DNA of 64,000 nt from a bacterium (GTDB taxonomy: Bacteria > JAAXHH01), in the NCBI GenBank assembly GCA_965248395.1, contig OZ252103.1:1486155-1550154 (forward strand). Direction: 5' to 3'. Below, one piece after another: positions 37,417-46,974 of this stretch; position 1 is the stretch's first letter; every line of letters starts with the position of its first letter. The translations under genes and the position numbers were made by a program. The notes beneath the pieces are model-generated. The model was not told the origin of the DNA and ran no database searches. It saw nothing but the letters and a program-made list of their open reading frames with translations.

Positions 37417-38322
37417 ATGGCCACGCAGGCATCGAAAACCCTGATCATGGGCAAGGACGAAATGGAATTGGACGGCAGGTACCTGTCCACGCTCCGGGAA
37501 GCCAACGGACTGCTGGACGATACCGATGCGCTGAGGGCGCGCATGGCGGAAGACGGCTACCTGTTCATCCGCGGACTGCAGGACCGGGACCGGGTCGGGG
37601 AAGCCCGCAGGGTCGTGCTGGAGAATCTCGAGGCCAACAGCCAGATCGATCCGGACTATCCGCTGGACCTGGGCGTCGCGGCCGCCGGAAAGCGGGGTAG
37701 TTTCTTCGGCGGCGCCAAGCAGGTTACCCATACCCCGGAATTCCTCTCGGTGGTCAATTCGCCGGAAATCATGGTATTCTTCGAACGGTTCCTGGGCGGC
37801 CCCGTGCTCACTTTCGACTACAAGTGGCTGCGGGCCGTGGGCCCGGGTGACAACACGGGCGCCCACTACGACGTGGTCTACATGGGCCGTGGCACCACGA
37901 ACCTGTACACGGTATGGACGCCCCTGGACGATGTCACCTACGACATGGGTCCCCTCGTCATCCTGGCCGGTTCCCACCAGTTCGACGCGGTGAAGGAGAC
38001 CTACGGCAAGATGGACGTGGACCGCGATCACGTGACGGGCCACTTCACCAACGAACCCATCGAAATGGTCGATCAATACGGGGGCCAGTGGCAGACGAGC
38101 GAGTTCTCCATGGGCGACGTGATCATCCTCGGCATGTACACCATGCACGGATCCATAAACAACACGTCGAACCAGTTCCGCATCAGTACCGACACGCGCT
38201 ACCAGCTGGCCACCGATCCCGTCGACCACCGGTGGGTCGGCGAGAATCCCGTCGCCCACTACGCGTGGACCGAGGGGAAGACCATTTCCATGGATGAGAT
38301 GCGGCGCAAATGGAAGGTCTAG
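37417..38322 (+). CDS. PhyH-family Fe(II)/2OG dioxygenase
   Basis: DGYLFIRG, HxD as AHYD, PLVILAGSH and distal MHGS. Confidence 0.8.
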   Translation: MATQASKTLIMGKDEMELDGRYLSTLREANGLLDDTDALRARMAEDGYLFIRGLQDRDRVGEARRVVLENLEANSQIDPDYPLDLGVAAAGKRGSFFGGAKQVTHTPEFLSVVNSPEIMVFFERFLGGPVLTFDYKWLRAVGPGDNTGAHYDVVYMGRGTTNLYTVWTPLDDVTYDMGPLVILAGSHQFDAVKETYGKMDVDRDHVTGHFTNEPIEMVDQYGGQWQTSEFSMGDVIILGMYTMHGSINNTSNQFRISTDTRYQLATDPVDHRWVGENPVAHYAWTEGKTISMDEMRRKWKV

Positions 38323-38430
38323 CCTAGGTTGCGTGTATTGCCTGGATCATCGCCGCAGCGATACCGGCTGGATACGGGGTCCGATCAATCGTCCGGCCGG
38401 GTCATTCCTTCGATACCTCATGGATACAAC

Positions 38431-41400
38431 GTGATCGCTAAACGGTTTTTCCCCAGCCTCCTGGCGGGCCTGGCGCTGCTCTTCGGAGTGTCCGCCTGCC
38501 AGACTACGGGGGTCAGAGAGCGTGTTGAAGTCCTCGCCGAGCCGATCGGCGATGGACAGGTGGCCGCCGTGGTCGACTCCACACGGATCAGGAAGACCAT
38601 CACGGACCTCGTGTCCTTCGGTTCGCGCGTGGCAGGCTACCCGGGCGCAACCGAAGCGGCGTTCTACCTGGCCGACCGCATGCGGGACATCGGTCTGGAG
38701 GACGTGGAGATGGAGGAATTCGTCTCTTCCGTTCCCCTGGACGAGGGCGGCGAACTGGTTATCCTCGACCCCACGACCCTGGAATCCCGGTCGATCCCCC
38801 TCTACGCCGTGTGGCCCAACCTGGTCCGTACTTCCACGACGCCGCCGGGCGGCATCACGGGGAAGCTCCACTACGTCGGCAACGGCGAATGGGTGGACTT
38901 CAACGACATCGATCCGACCGGCGCCGTCTTCATGATGGATTTCAATTCCGGCGTCAACTGGCAACGGGCCGCCCTGCTCGGCGCCCATGCCGTGATCTTC
39001 GCCGAACCCGACCAAACCACGCGGATCGACGGCGAGGAGAAGCACCTCCAGGTCCCCCTCGACTTCCCCCGGTTCTGGATGGAAAAGGAGCAGGCCCGAC
39101 CCCTGGTCGAATATCTTAACATCAACGGCCCCATAAATATACGAGCGAGGGGCCGCATGACGTGGAAGCGCCTTCCGGCCTACAACATCTTCGGAAAGAT
39201 CACGGGAACGCACCCAATACTGAAGGAAGAGGTCATCGTCCTGGAATCCTACTACGATTCCATGTCGCCCGTACCGGCCGTGTCCCCCGGGGCGAACCAG
39301 GCGGCGGGCACGGCCGCGCTCCTCGAGATAGCCCGTTACTTCGTTGCCCACCCCCCTGCGCGCACGGTGTTGATCCTGACGACATCGGGGCATTTCCTGT
39401 CGCTCAGCGGCGTGAACGACTTCATGTACCGCCATGCGCGCAAGAGCAGATATTTCGCGCAGCAGATCAGCGAACCGGTCAACATCAAGCTCTTCGCCGG
39501 CATCGACCTTTCCAGCGCCCGGGACCAGGTCGGGGTCATCTACTCCGGCGTCCTGTTCGCGGGCGACACCTTCGAAAAACAGCGGTTCTTTACCCCCTTC
39601 GGGCGCACCTTCATGGGCTATGCGCAGGAGGTGATCCAGCGGGGCGCCTTCCAGCCCGGCGCGCTGGTGAACGTGATATCTCCGTCCCAGGGCCACCGGA
39701 CCGCGGGATTCTTTCCCGCCGGCAACATCGCCCTGGACGCCGAACTCGCCTTCTGGACAGGATTCCCGGCCCTGTCTTTCGCCACGGTGTTCGACATCCG
39801 TGAATTCGTGGACACCCCTATAGACGACATCGACCGGGTCAACTTCCGCAACGTGTACACGCAGACCGTCCTGTTGACAGAGCTCTTCGGCCGCGGCGTC
39901 AACGATCCCCAGCTGTTCCCGGACTTCAAGATGCAGCTGGAAGACCGCTTCGTGAAGGGTCGGATCCGGGTGGTGGAATTCGATCCGCGCGAGGATTATA
40001 TCCCGAGCAAGCCCAGGCCGGGCGCCGTCGTCCGGTTCCGCCGCTACAACAAGACCATCAGCGGGGTGAAGAACGAGATCTTCGTGGTGGCCGACAGCGC
40101 CGGCGTGGCCGAAAGCACCGCATTGGAGGCGGGCCGCACCTATCCGGCCGAGGGCTACGTGATGGATCCCGACACGGGAGACATCATCTACGCGCCGGAC
40201 CGGGGACCCTACGGGGAAGGCGCCTATCCCCTCGAGATCACGATGGACTGGGTGGACAAGGAAAAGCCCACGGTGGTCTTCCGGTCCGAGGCGACAAACA
40301 TCTACGACCTGGTGGACCCGCGGTTCCTGACCCGGCTCAACGAGGCCGTGGTGCTGGACGAATCCGGCAACCCACCCCTGGAATGGGGCATGACCTTCCA
40401 GGAACGGGGGTGGACGACGGGCACGACCTACGAAGAGGACACGGCCGTCCTCTTCATGCCGCCGGAAAGCCGGTTCAAGGTCACCATGTCTACCGGTCTG
40501 TTCGGCCGCCGCCTGATCCTGACCAACGCGGATGAAAGCAATCCAGAGGGCGTCGGGTTCGATTCGGGGATCGGCGCCATTCCACTGACTTCCTACCAGG
40601 TGGCGCGGGACATGTGGCACCTGGACGAGGCGCGGATCGGCGCGCTCAGGTCCGTCGGCGTCAGCAATACCCGGCTGGATGACTTCCACCAGGAGGCGGG
40701 ACGCCTGCTGGACCGGGCCGAAGCGGCACGGCAGGCGCTGCAGTGGGACCGCTTCATCAAGCACGCCCGGGCCGCGTGGGGATATGAATCCAGGGCCTAT
40801 CCCGACGCGACGGGAACGGCCAACGACGTCGTGAAAGGGGTACTGTTCTACATGGTGCTGGTGATACCCTACGCCTACGCACTGGAGCGGCTGCTTTTCG
40901 GATTCGCCAACGTCTACAAGCGCATCAGCGCCACCTTCGGCATCTTCCTGGCCGCCTACGGGGTGCTGCGGTTTACCCATCCTGCCTTCCAGATCACCAC
41001 GGCGCCCGATATCGTGCTTCTCGCCTTCACGACCTTCGTCCTGGCCGCCGTGGTCATCTGGCTCATTACGGGACGATTCAGCCAGACCATGCGCGAGGTC
41101 CGGCAGAACACCCGCACCGTGCAGGCCACCGACGTGCGGCGCTCGAGCGCCCTGGCCACGGCCTTCGCACTCGGTATAGGAAACATGCGCAAACGCAAGG
41201 CCCGGACGCTATTGACGTGCACCACCCTCGTACTCCTCGTGTTTACCGTGCTGTCCTTCACGTCCGTACAGACCTTCCTCCGGTTGCAGAAGTTGAGCCA
41301 GGACACGGTAGCCGAATACACGGGGTTTCTCGTCCGTAACCCCAACTGGGCGCCGTTGCAGAAGCAGACGCACGAGTACGTACTCTCCGAGTTTGGATCG

Positions 41401-43035
41401 TCGGAGTCCGAAGACCGGGACATCACCATCGTTCCGAGGTCGTGGTACTCCGAAGCCGGGATCGGCGCCAAGACCTACGTGAAGGTCGATCACACGAGCA
41501 TGGACGCACCGACCAGGACCACCTTCGCATCGGCCATCCTGGGTGTGCTGCCGGAGGAACGGGAGGTCAGCCATCTCGACCGCGCGCTGACGACGGGGCG
41601 GTGGTTCGCCGGGGACGAAAAGGACGTATGCATCATCCCGTTGGAAATGGCGGAACTCCTGGGCTTGACGGAAGCCGACGTCGGGCGGTCGGAGGTCCTG
41701 ATTTTCGGTAAGCCCTTCAAGGTCATCGGCATGTTCGACGCGGCGGTCCTGGAAGGGATCACCGATCTCGACGGCGAGCCGCTGACACCCGTCGATTACA
41801 CGGCGACGGGTCACGATCTGCTCGCCGAACTCCTCCTCATGGACTACGAAGAGGAACCGGTCGAAATGGCCCGGTTCGAACATATTTCGGCCGCGAATCT
41901 CATCCTGGCGCCGCAGGCCTACGTGAACGACCTTGGCGGAACCCTCCGGTCCGTCGCCGTCCGGTTCCCCACGGACGAGTCCGCCCGGAACCGCATCGAA
42001 CGCTTCATGCAGCGGCTGGGGATTCCCGTGGTGGCTTCCGTCGACGGCGAGGTCGCCGTGTACAGCGCCATGTCCCTGAGTTCGCTGTCGGGACTGGGCA
42101 ACCTGTTCATTCCCATGGTCGTCGCCGCCCTCATCATCCTGAACACCATGATGAACGCCGTCTACGAACGCTTCAGCGAAATCGGGGTTTACAGCGCCGT
42201 GGGACTGGCGCCGGCCCACATCGGCGCCCTCTTCATGGCGGAGGCGGCCATGTACGCCGTCATCGGCGGAATGTCCGGATACCTGATCGGCCAGACCGTG
42301 GCGCGGGGCATTACCGAATACCAGTTGCTGGCGGGACTCACGCTGAACTATTCCTCCCTATCCGCCGTGGCCTCCACGGCCATGGTCATGGCGGTGGTCA
42401 TGCTTTCGACGATCTACCCGGCCCGCAAGGCTTCCCAGATGGCCGTGCCGGATGTCAACAGGCAGTGGTCCTTTCCCGAACCCGACGGCGATGACTGGAG
42501 TTTCGAGTTTCCCTTCACCATCAGCCGCACGGAAACGCTGGGCCTCTGTGCCTACCTGACGCGGTTTTTCGAATCCCACGGCGAAAGCACCCTCGGAAGT
42601 TTCATGACGGACGAGGTGGCCTTGACCGGAGTAAATGGTGAGGGTTCACGCAGCGGCAACGATCCGGTGGATGGTGGTGACGCGGGCGACGGCGGTGACC
42701 TGGTAGTCAACGGCGGCGTGTCCGCGTACGAAATCAGCATGAAGACCTGGCTGGCGCCGTACGACACGGGCGTCAGCCAGCGGGTCACCATGCACGCGTC
42801 GCCCGCGGAGGAGGAACATGGTCTGTACGCGGTGTGGGTGCATATCTACCGCCTGAGCGGCGACGTGGACTCATGGCAGCGCCTGAACCGGCGGTTTTTA
42901 AACGTACTGCGCAAGCAGTTCCTGGTCTGGCGAACCGTGGACCTGGAGGTCAAGAAAGTCTATGCCGACGATGGCCGTGAAATGATCGGTATAGTCACCG
43001 GCGAAACGATAGCACAGGATACAACGGAAGCTTGA
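38431..43035 (+). CDS. giant lipoprotein: PA/M28-like ectodomain (metal ligands apparently substituted) fused to MacB/FtsX-type permease plus unknown C-terminal domain
   Basis: The GTG at 38431 gives (M)IAKRFFPSLLAGLALLFGVSAC, a lipoprotein signal with lipobox VSAC. The track start, TTG at 38329, is less convincing. M28/PA-like region at ~aa 80-520. FtsX module: RKRKARTLLTCTTLVLLVF..., NAVYERFSEIGVYSAVGLAPAHIGALFMAEA, IYPARKASQM. Confidence 0.75.
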   Translation: MIAKRFFPSLLAGLALLFGVSACQTTGVRERVEVLAEPIGDGQVAAVVDSTRIRKTITDLVSFGSRVAGYPGATEAAFYLADRMRDIGLEDVEMEEFVSSVPLDEGGELVILDPTTLESRSIPLYAVWPNLVRTSTTPPGGITGKLHYVGNGEWVDFNDIDPTGAVFMMDFNSGVNWQRAALLGAHAVIFAEPDQTTRIDGEEKHLQVPLDFPRFWMEKEQARPLVEYLNINGPINIRARGRMTWKRLPAYNIFGKITGTHPILKEEVIVLESYYDSMSPVPAVSPGANQAAGTAALLEIARYFVAHPPARTVLILTTSGHFLSLSGVNDFMYRHARKSRYFAQQISEPVNIKLFAGIDLSSARDQVGVIYSGVLFAGDTFEKQRFFTPFGRTFMGYAQEVIQRGAFQPGALVNVISPSQGHRTAGFFPAGNIALDAELAFWTGFPALSFATVFDIREFVDTPIDDIDRVNFRNVYTQTVLLTELFGRGVNDPQLFPDFKMQLEDRFVKGRIRVVEFDPREDYIPSKPRPGAVVRFRRYNKTISGVKNEIFVVADSAGVAESTALEAGRTYPAEGYVMDPDTGDIIYAPDRGPYGEGAYPLEITMDWVDKEKPTVVFRSEATNIYDLVDPRFLTRLNEAVVLDESGNPPLEWGMTFQERGWTTGTTYEEDTAVLFMPPESRFKVTMSTGLFGRRLILTNADESNPEGVGFDSGIGAIPLTSYQVARDMWHLDEARIGALRSVGVSNTRLDDFHQEAGRLLDRAEAARQALQWDRFIKHARAAWGYESRAYPDATGTANDVVKGVLFYMVLVIPYAYALERLLFGFANVYKRISATFGIFLAAYGVLRFTHPAFQITTAPDIVLLAFTTFVLAAVVIWLITGRFSQTMREVRQNTRTVQATDVRRSSALATAFALGIGNMRKRKARTLLTCTTLVLLVFTVLSFTSVQTFLRLQKLSQDTVAEYTGFLVRNPNWAPLQKQTHEYVLSEFGSSESEDRDITIVPRSWYSEAGIGAKTYVKVDHTSMDAPTRTTFASAILGVLPEEREVSHLDRALTTGRWFAGDEKDVCIIPLEMAELLGLTEADVGRSEVLIFGKPFKVIGMFDAAVLEGITDLDGEPLTPVDYTATGHDLLAELLLMDYEEEPVEMARFEHISAANLILAPQAYVNDLGGTLRSVAVRFPTDESARNRIERFMQRLGIPVVASVDGEVAVYSAMSLSSLSGLGNLFIPMVVAALIILNTMMNAVYERFSEIGVYSAVGLAPAHIGALFMAEAAMYAVIGGMSGYLIGQTVARGITEYQLLAGLTLNYSSLSAVASTAMVMAVVMLSTIYPARKASQMAVPDVNRQWSFPEPDGDDWSFEFPFTISRTETLGLCAYLTRFFESHGESTLGSFMTDEVALTGVNGEGSRSGNDPVDGGDAGDGGDLVVNGGVSAYEISMKTWLAPYDTGVSQRVTMHASPAEEEHGLYAVWVHIYRLSGDVDSWQRLNRRFLNVLRKQFLVWRTVDLEVKKVYADDGREMIGIVTGETIAQDTTEA

Positions 43036-43146
43036 GCGCTCGAAATGGCCGAGCAGGACGCGACAGGGGCTCTATCGCTTGAAATGGCTGCGTTGGATGC
43101 GGTAGCGTCCTGCGCGCGGTTCGGCCTAGGTTGACGGAGAGATTCA

Positions 43147-43617
43147 ATGGAAGGCGGAGGCAATGGCGGTCCCTGGCTCAACACGCTGATGGGTCAGAAT
43201 GTGCGGGTAAATACGCCGGGGTCCGCCACGGAGGACCGCGTGACGGTCATAGAGGCCGTCGAACCACCCCACAGCCCGCCGCCCGTATTCACTCGCCACG
43301 CCTTCATCGAGATGTTCCTGGTCGTCAAGGGCGCCCTGACCTTCCAGTTCCTCCACGAAAGCGCCTTTGTGCTCGATTCCGGCCAGATGGTGACGGTACC
43401 GAGTTACAAGCCTCATTCCTTCTGGAACGACGGGGACGATCCTGCGCTGATCATGCTGATCTGCACGCCCGCGGGACTGGACCGGTTCTTCGAAGCCTCC
43501 GACCGGCTGCTGAGACGCATGCCGCCGGACACCGCCGACCCCGAGGTTCTGAAGGAGAAGATGGACCGTCTGCGGGCTGAATTCGGCCTGGAACACGTGG
43601 CGCCGCCGCCGTGGTGA
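43147..43617 (+). CDS. cupin-domain protein
   Basis: 156 aa with a single cupin-like core (EMFLVVKGALTF...GQMVTVPSYKPHSFWN). GGAGAG RBS. Confidence 0.6.
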   Translation: MEGGGNGGPWLNTLMGQNVRVNTPGSATEDRVTVIEAVEPPHSPPPVFTRHAFIEMFLVVKGALTFQFLHESAFVLDSGQMVTVPSYKPHSFWNDGDDPALIMLICTPAGLDRFFEASDRLLRRMPPDTADPEVLKEKMDRLRAEFGLEHVAPPPW

Positions 43618-43619
43618 TC

Positions 43620-44000
43620 CTACCAGATCGCCCGCGAATAGAATTCGAGGATGGTGGCGTCCGATGTCACGAGCGGGCAGTTGTGCAACTTGGCCGTGGC
43701 AACGATCGTACAGTCGGCGGGATCCCTGTGATTCCAGTCCAGTTCGAGATTCCCGATCCAGGTCCGCACGTCGACGGGAAGCACTTCCACACGATCAATA
43801 CGTTCCAGGTTTTCGGCGAAGTCCCGAATGGACAAAGGCAGCACGAGCTTGTCTTTTCTAACCTTGATGCCTATCTCCCAGATCGAGATCGAACTGAGGC
43901 AGACGCGGTCGGCATTCGTGATCGCCTGCTCTGCGGTTTGCGTCAGACGTTCAGGATCCAGCGTCCAGAAAACCAGAGTCGACGTATCCAGTAAGACCAT
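43620..44000 (-). CDS. vapC: PIN-domain toxin VapC
   Basis: MVLLDTSTLVF (D5), SISIWEIGIK and DPADCTIVATAKLHNCPLVTSDATI are classic PIN acidic positions. The ATG shares 1 nt with the antitoxin stop (TGATG). Confidence 0.85.
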   Translation of the reverse strand: MVLLDTSTLVFWTLDPERLTQTAEQAITNADRVCLSSISIWEIGIKVRKDKLVLPLSIRDFAENLERIDRVEVLPVDVRTWIGNLELDWNHRDPADCTIVATAKLHNCPLVTSDATILEFYSRAIW

Positions 44001-44230
44001 CAGACTTCATCCCATTCTTCGCCGGTCGGCGTGTTGATGTCCTCAAGGTAGACGACCTTCCCCTGCACGCCTTCAAAAATCTCGTTTACCGTTTTCCTGG
44101 GCTTGATGGACTGCACGCGGAGCACGGGACGCCTGTTGTGCGTGACGATCAATTCCTCGCCCGTTTCCTCGATTTCTCGAAATACCCGAAGCATGTTGGC
44201 TTTCAGCTTGCTCTTCGATATGACCGGCAT
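44000..44230 (-). CDS. Phd/YefM-family antitoxin
   Basis: 76 aa. SKLKANMLRVFREIEETGEELIVTHNRRPVLRV matches the Phd/YefM N-terminal pattern. Confidence 0.8.
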   Translation of the reverse strand: MPVISKSKLKANMLRVFREIEETGEELIVTHNRRPVLRVQSIKPRKTVNEIFEGVQGKVVYLEDINTPTGEEWDEV

Positions 44231-44253
44231 GTGGACTCCAGTCTGTTTAGTAA

Positions 44254-44267
44254 ATGACTATAGTCAT
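44254..44267. promoter_or_regulatory. putative antitoxin operator (perfect 14-bp palindrome)
   Basis: ATGACTATAGTCAT is self-complementary and lies 24-37 nt upstream of the antitoxin ATG (44230). Confidence 0.4.
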
Positions 44268-44407
44268 GACCATGGTTATATTTCGCAGGATATCCTATGA
44301 GCAGTCAAGCGATTTTACTCATACTCGTCAACATAGAAGTCGAATTCCGTCCGATTATCCCGACGATAAGTATAGATACGATGTTCGGATTCGATGTGAA
44401 ATATGGG

Positions 44408-44436
44408 TTGACAATCGACGTCCCGACGTCTAATAT
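44408..44436 (+). promoter_or_regulatory. putative promoter of the methyltransferase gene (leaderless geometry)
   Basis: TTGACA(44408-44413)-N17-TAATAT(44431-44436)-aaaact-ATG(44443). No SD is present. The spacer holds CGACGTC twice. Confidence 0.45.
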
Positions 44437-44442
44437 AAAACT

Positions 44443-45588
44443 ATGGCTACTAACACCGAAAGATATGCTCCCGGTCGAGTACGAGATGCGATAATTCGGG
44501 TGATGAAACTAACGACAGAAGGTTTGTCTGCCAAACAGATCGCAGCGAGAGTAGCAAAGATAGAGGGCCACATGCCTGAGTCCTCGATCAGGTCATATCT
44601 TCGTCTGAACACTCCGGAGACATTTGTGCGTGAAAGGAGAGGGGTATACCGCCTTAAGGTAGATCATGACAGCAGTCTGCAACGAACGATGTTCAGGAGT
44701 CCAACTTGGCAGAAACCCTTCAAGTTTGGATCGGCCACATTGTTTCACAGTGAATGTTTGGATTGGCTGGATGCAAGGGATGACCAATCAATCCACGCCG
44801 TAGTTACCGATCCGCCTTACGGTCTGCAGGAATACACACCGAAAGAGCAGACGAAACTCCGTAACCGGAAGGGGGGGGTCTGGAGGATTCCTCCTGCATT
44901 CGATGGCCACGTTCGTTCGCCGTTACCAAGATTCACTACTTTAACCGATGAACAAAAACTTTATCTTCGGGAGTTTTTCTACATCTGGTCTCGTCTCCTG
45001 ATCCCTAAGTTGGTTCCGGGCGCCAACGTGGTCGTTGCCTCCAATCCATTACTCTCCCACATTGTCGCCGGCGCTATTGCGGATGCGGGGCTTGAAAGGC
45101 GCGGCGACATCGTCAGGCTTGTTATGACCATGCGGGGCGGTGATCGGCCAAAAGCGGCACATGATGAATTCGAGGACGTCAGTGTGCTCCCCAGATCGAT
45201 GTGGGAGCCATGGCTGCTATTCCGAAGGCCTGTGGAGGGAAGAGTACAGGACAACCTCAGAAAATGGAAAACGGGAGGGTTTCGACGGCCGACTGGACTC
45301 AAGCCATTCGGAGATGTTATTCAATCTTCCCCGACAAGGAAGAATGAGAAGGCGATAGCACCACATCCCAGCCTTAAGCCACAATCCTTCTTACGGCGCC
45401 TCGTGAGGGGCGTTCTTCCACTTGGCGAGGGTATAGTCGTCGATCCCTTTGCCGGCGCTGGCTCTACGCTCGCGGCCGCTGAAGCAGTTGGGTACGAGTC
45501 AATCGGAATAGAAAAGGATTCTCTGTACTTCAACATGGCCAAGGAAGCACTGCAGCCACTAGCCGAGCTTGTGATTCAGCAGCCATAG
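44443..45588 (+). CDS. site-specific DNA methyltransferase (beta-class N6A/N4C) with N-terminal winged-helix domain
   Basis: Motif IV VVTDPPYGLQEY precedes motif I VVDPFAGAGSTLAAAEAVGYESIGIEKD, which is the beta permutation. The N-terminal ~75 aa (VRDAIIRVMK...GLSAKQIAARV...SSIRSYL...RGVYRL) looks like a HARE-HTH/wHTH. Confidence 0.85.
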   Translation: MATNTERYAPGRVRDAIIRVMKLTTEGLSAKQIAARVAKIEGHMPESSIRSYLRLNTPETFVRERRGVYRLKVDHDSSLQRTMFRSPTWQKPFKFGSATLFHSECLDWLDARDDQSIHAVVTDPPYGLQEYTPKEQTKLRNRKGGVWRIPPAFDGHVRSPLPRFTTLTDEQKLYLREFFYIWSRLLIPKLVPGANVVVASNPLLSHIVAGAIADAGLERRGDIVRLVMTMRGGDRPKAAHDEFEDVSVLPRSMWEPWLLFRRPVEGRVQDNLRKWKTGGFRRPTGLKPFGDVIQSSPTRKNEKAIAPHPSLKPQSFLRRLVRGVLPLGEGIVVDPFAGAGSTLAAAEAVGYESIGIEKDSLYFNMAKEALQPLAELVIQQP

Positions 45589-45593
45589 ATACC

Positions 45594-46748
45594 CTACACG
45601 TCCACGGGCATTAGATCCAGGGCGAGGTCGCGGAATCCCTTCACCCGGTGGAGGGTGACCAGGTTGGTGTCGTGCTGGTTCTTGCCGCCGCGGGCGGTCC
45701 GGGCAACGACAAGAAGATCGTCCCCGGAGACCACCTGCGAGGCGTAGCTGAAGGATTCCATCATGCTTTTGCTCATGGCCACGCAGCCGGCCTGGAACCA
45801 GTTCAGGGCGTCCACGCTGTACATGAGCATCAGGATGCGCCGCTCGTTGCCCGGAGGTCCGCTGTAGCCGATGCTCCGAAGGGGATCACGATCCTGCCAC
45901 GGGTTCGTGGACAGGGTTACGGTGGTCCAGTACAGGCCGCCCACCTCGTCGTGGACGATCTGGAACTTGCACTGGGCGCCGGGCATGGGGTGGTACTGGA
46001 GGAACCGGTAGTCCAGGTTCCAGCCATCATCCTCGACCCGTCCGATGGAGGCCAGGCTAGACGTCGAGTGACCGTCGACGATCGTGCGCATGATCATCCT
46101 GATTTCGCCGTCCACCAACACGATATTGCCTTCCAGGAAGCTGTCGGCGGGCACTTTGTCTTCCAGGCTTTCCGGGTACATCCGTTGCGAAAGCACGTCG
46201 GGAATGCCCGGGAACCGGACGTGATTCGACATACGCCAGGCCGCCGGGTCCAGCAGGTCCCGCGACAGATCGCCGGCCACCACCAGCGAATTCCAATCGC
46301 TTCGGCTGGGCGCATCGCAGGTTTCGAAGGCGCGGTAGGCGTAGCCGTTGTGGATCAGCACCGGCGTAGGCGCGCAGTGGTGCTTGCCTTCGAAAAGCGT
46401 GACAGGTCCTTCCCAGGTGCAGCCGCCGTCCCGGGACCGGCCGATGATGATATCCCGGCTCTTCCTCCTGTTGCCGATGAGATAGGCGTCGTCCTCGTGG
46501 GTCCAGATGGTCGCCCAGATGAAGTCCTGGCAGGACGCCATGGTCCAGGAGGCTCCGTCGTCGTCGCTGATCAGCACCTCGGTAGCATTCGGCACCGCTT
46601 CCTTGTACGGCTTGGGACGAAACCACTCGTAACTTGCCAGTAGACGTCCCGAGCGCATCCGTGCGATCGACGGTGAGCCCGCATACACGTTTTCCGGATC
46701 GGGCGATGACGCCAGAACGAAATAATCCTCGGATAGCATTAGGTTCAT
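45594..46748 (-). CDS. BNR/Asp-box (sialidase-superfamily) beta-propeller protein
   Basis: Two Asp-boxes, SDDDGASW and SRDGGCTW. No signal peptide is evident. Confidence 0.6.
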   Translation of the reverse strand: MNLMLSEDYFVLASSPDPENVYAGSPSIARMRSGRLLASYEWFRPKPYKEAVPNATEVLISDDDGASWTMASCQDFIWATIWTHEDDAYLIGNRRKSRDIIIGRSRDGGCTWEGPVTLFEGKHHCAPTPVLIHNGYAYRAFETCDAPSRSDWNSLVVAGDLSRDLLDPAAWRMSNHVRFPGIPDVLSQRMYPESLEDKVPADSFLEGNIVLVDGEIRMIMRTIVDGHSTSSLASIGRVEDDGWNLDYRFLQYHPMPGAQCKFQIVHDEVGGLYWTTVTLSTNPWQDRDPLRSIGYSGPPGNERRILMLMYSVDALNWFQAGCVAMSKSMMESFSYASQVVSGDDLLVVARTARGGKNQHDTNLVTLHRVKGFRDLALDLMPVDV

Positions 46749-46974
46749 GAATCCAAACCTCCGGTAATTGGGATGAACAATCGATTCTACCCGGAGGGAA
46801 TGTGATTGTCAACTGGAAGGTTCGGCGTTCCGGACCCCTGGAAACTCCTGCCGATTCTTTCCCCAAATCACCATATAGCACTTGATCTGAATCGCTCCCT
46901 CCCTGTATCATAGCACTGATCACCTCAAAACCGAACTGAACGAATTGAACCGGGTCTGCCAGGAGGTTACAAAT

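Noticed and set aside
38347-40980. 877-aa ORF on the minus strand, plus similar long antisense ORFs at 46057..48705 (-), 26129..27829 (-), 56866..58728 (+), 365..2140 (+), 19422..20723 (-) and 20785..22125 (-)
   Set aside because: They run antisense to ORFs with clear family motifs and span several unrelated genes. They are extremely Arg/Gly/Pro/His-rich with no motifs. These are typical shadow ORFs of high-GC DNA.
43036-43146. In-frame open stretch after the giant gene's TGA, encoding ALEMAEQDA...LSLEMAALDAVA, with two similar ~27-bp DNA segments; possible stop-codon readthrough
   Set aside because: It is only 35 codons long and has no recoding signal that I can recognise. The similarity between the two segments is imperfect. 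It is more likely ordinary intergenic sequence.
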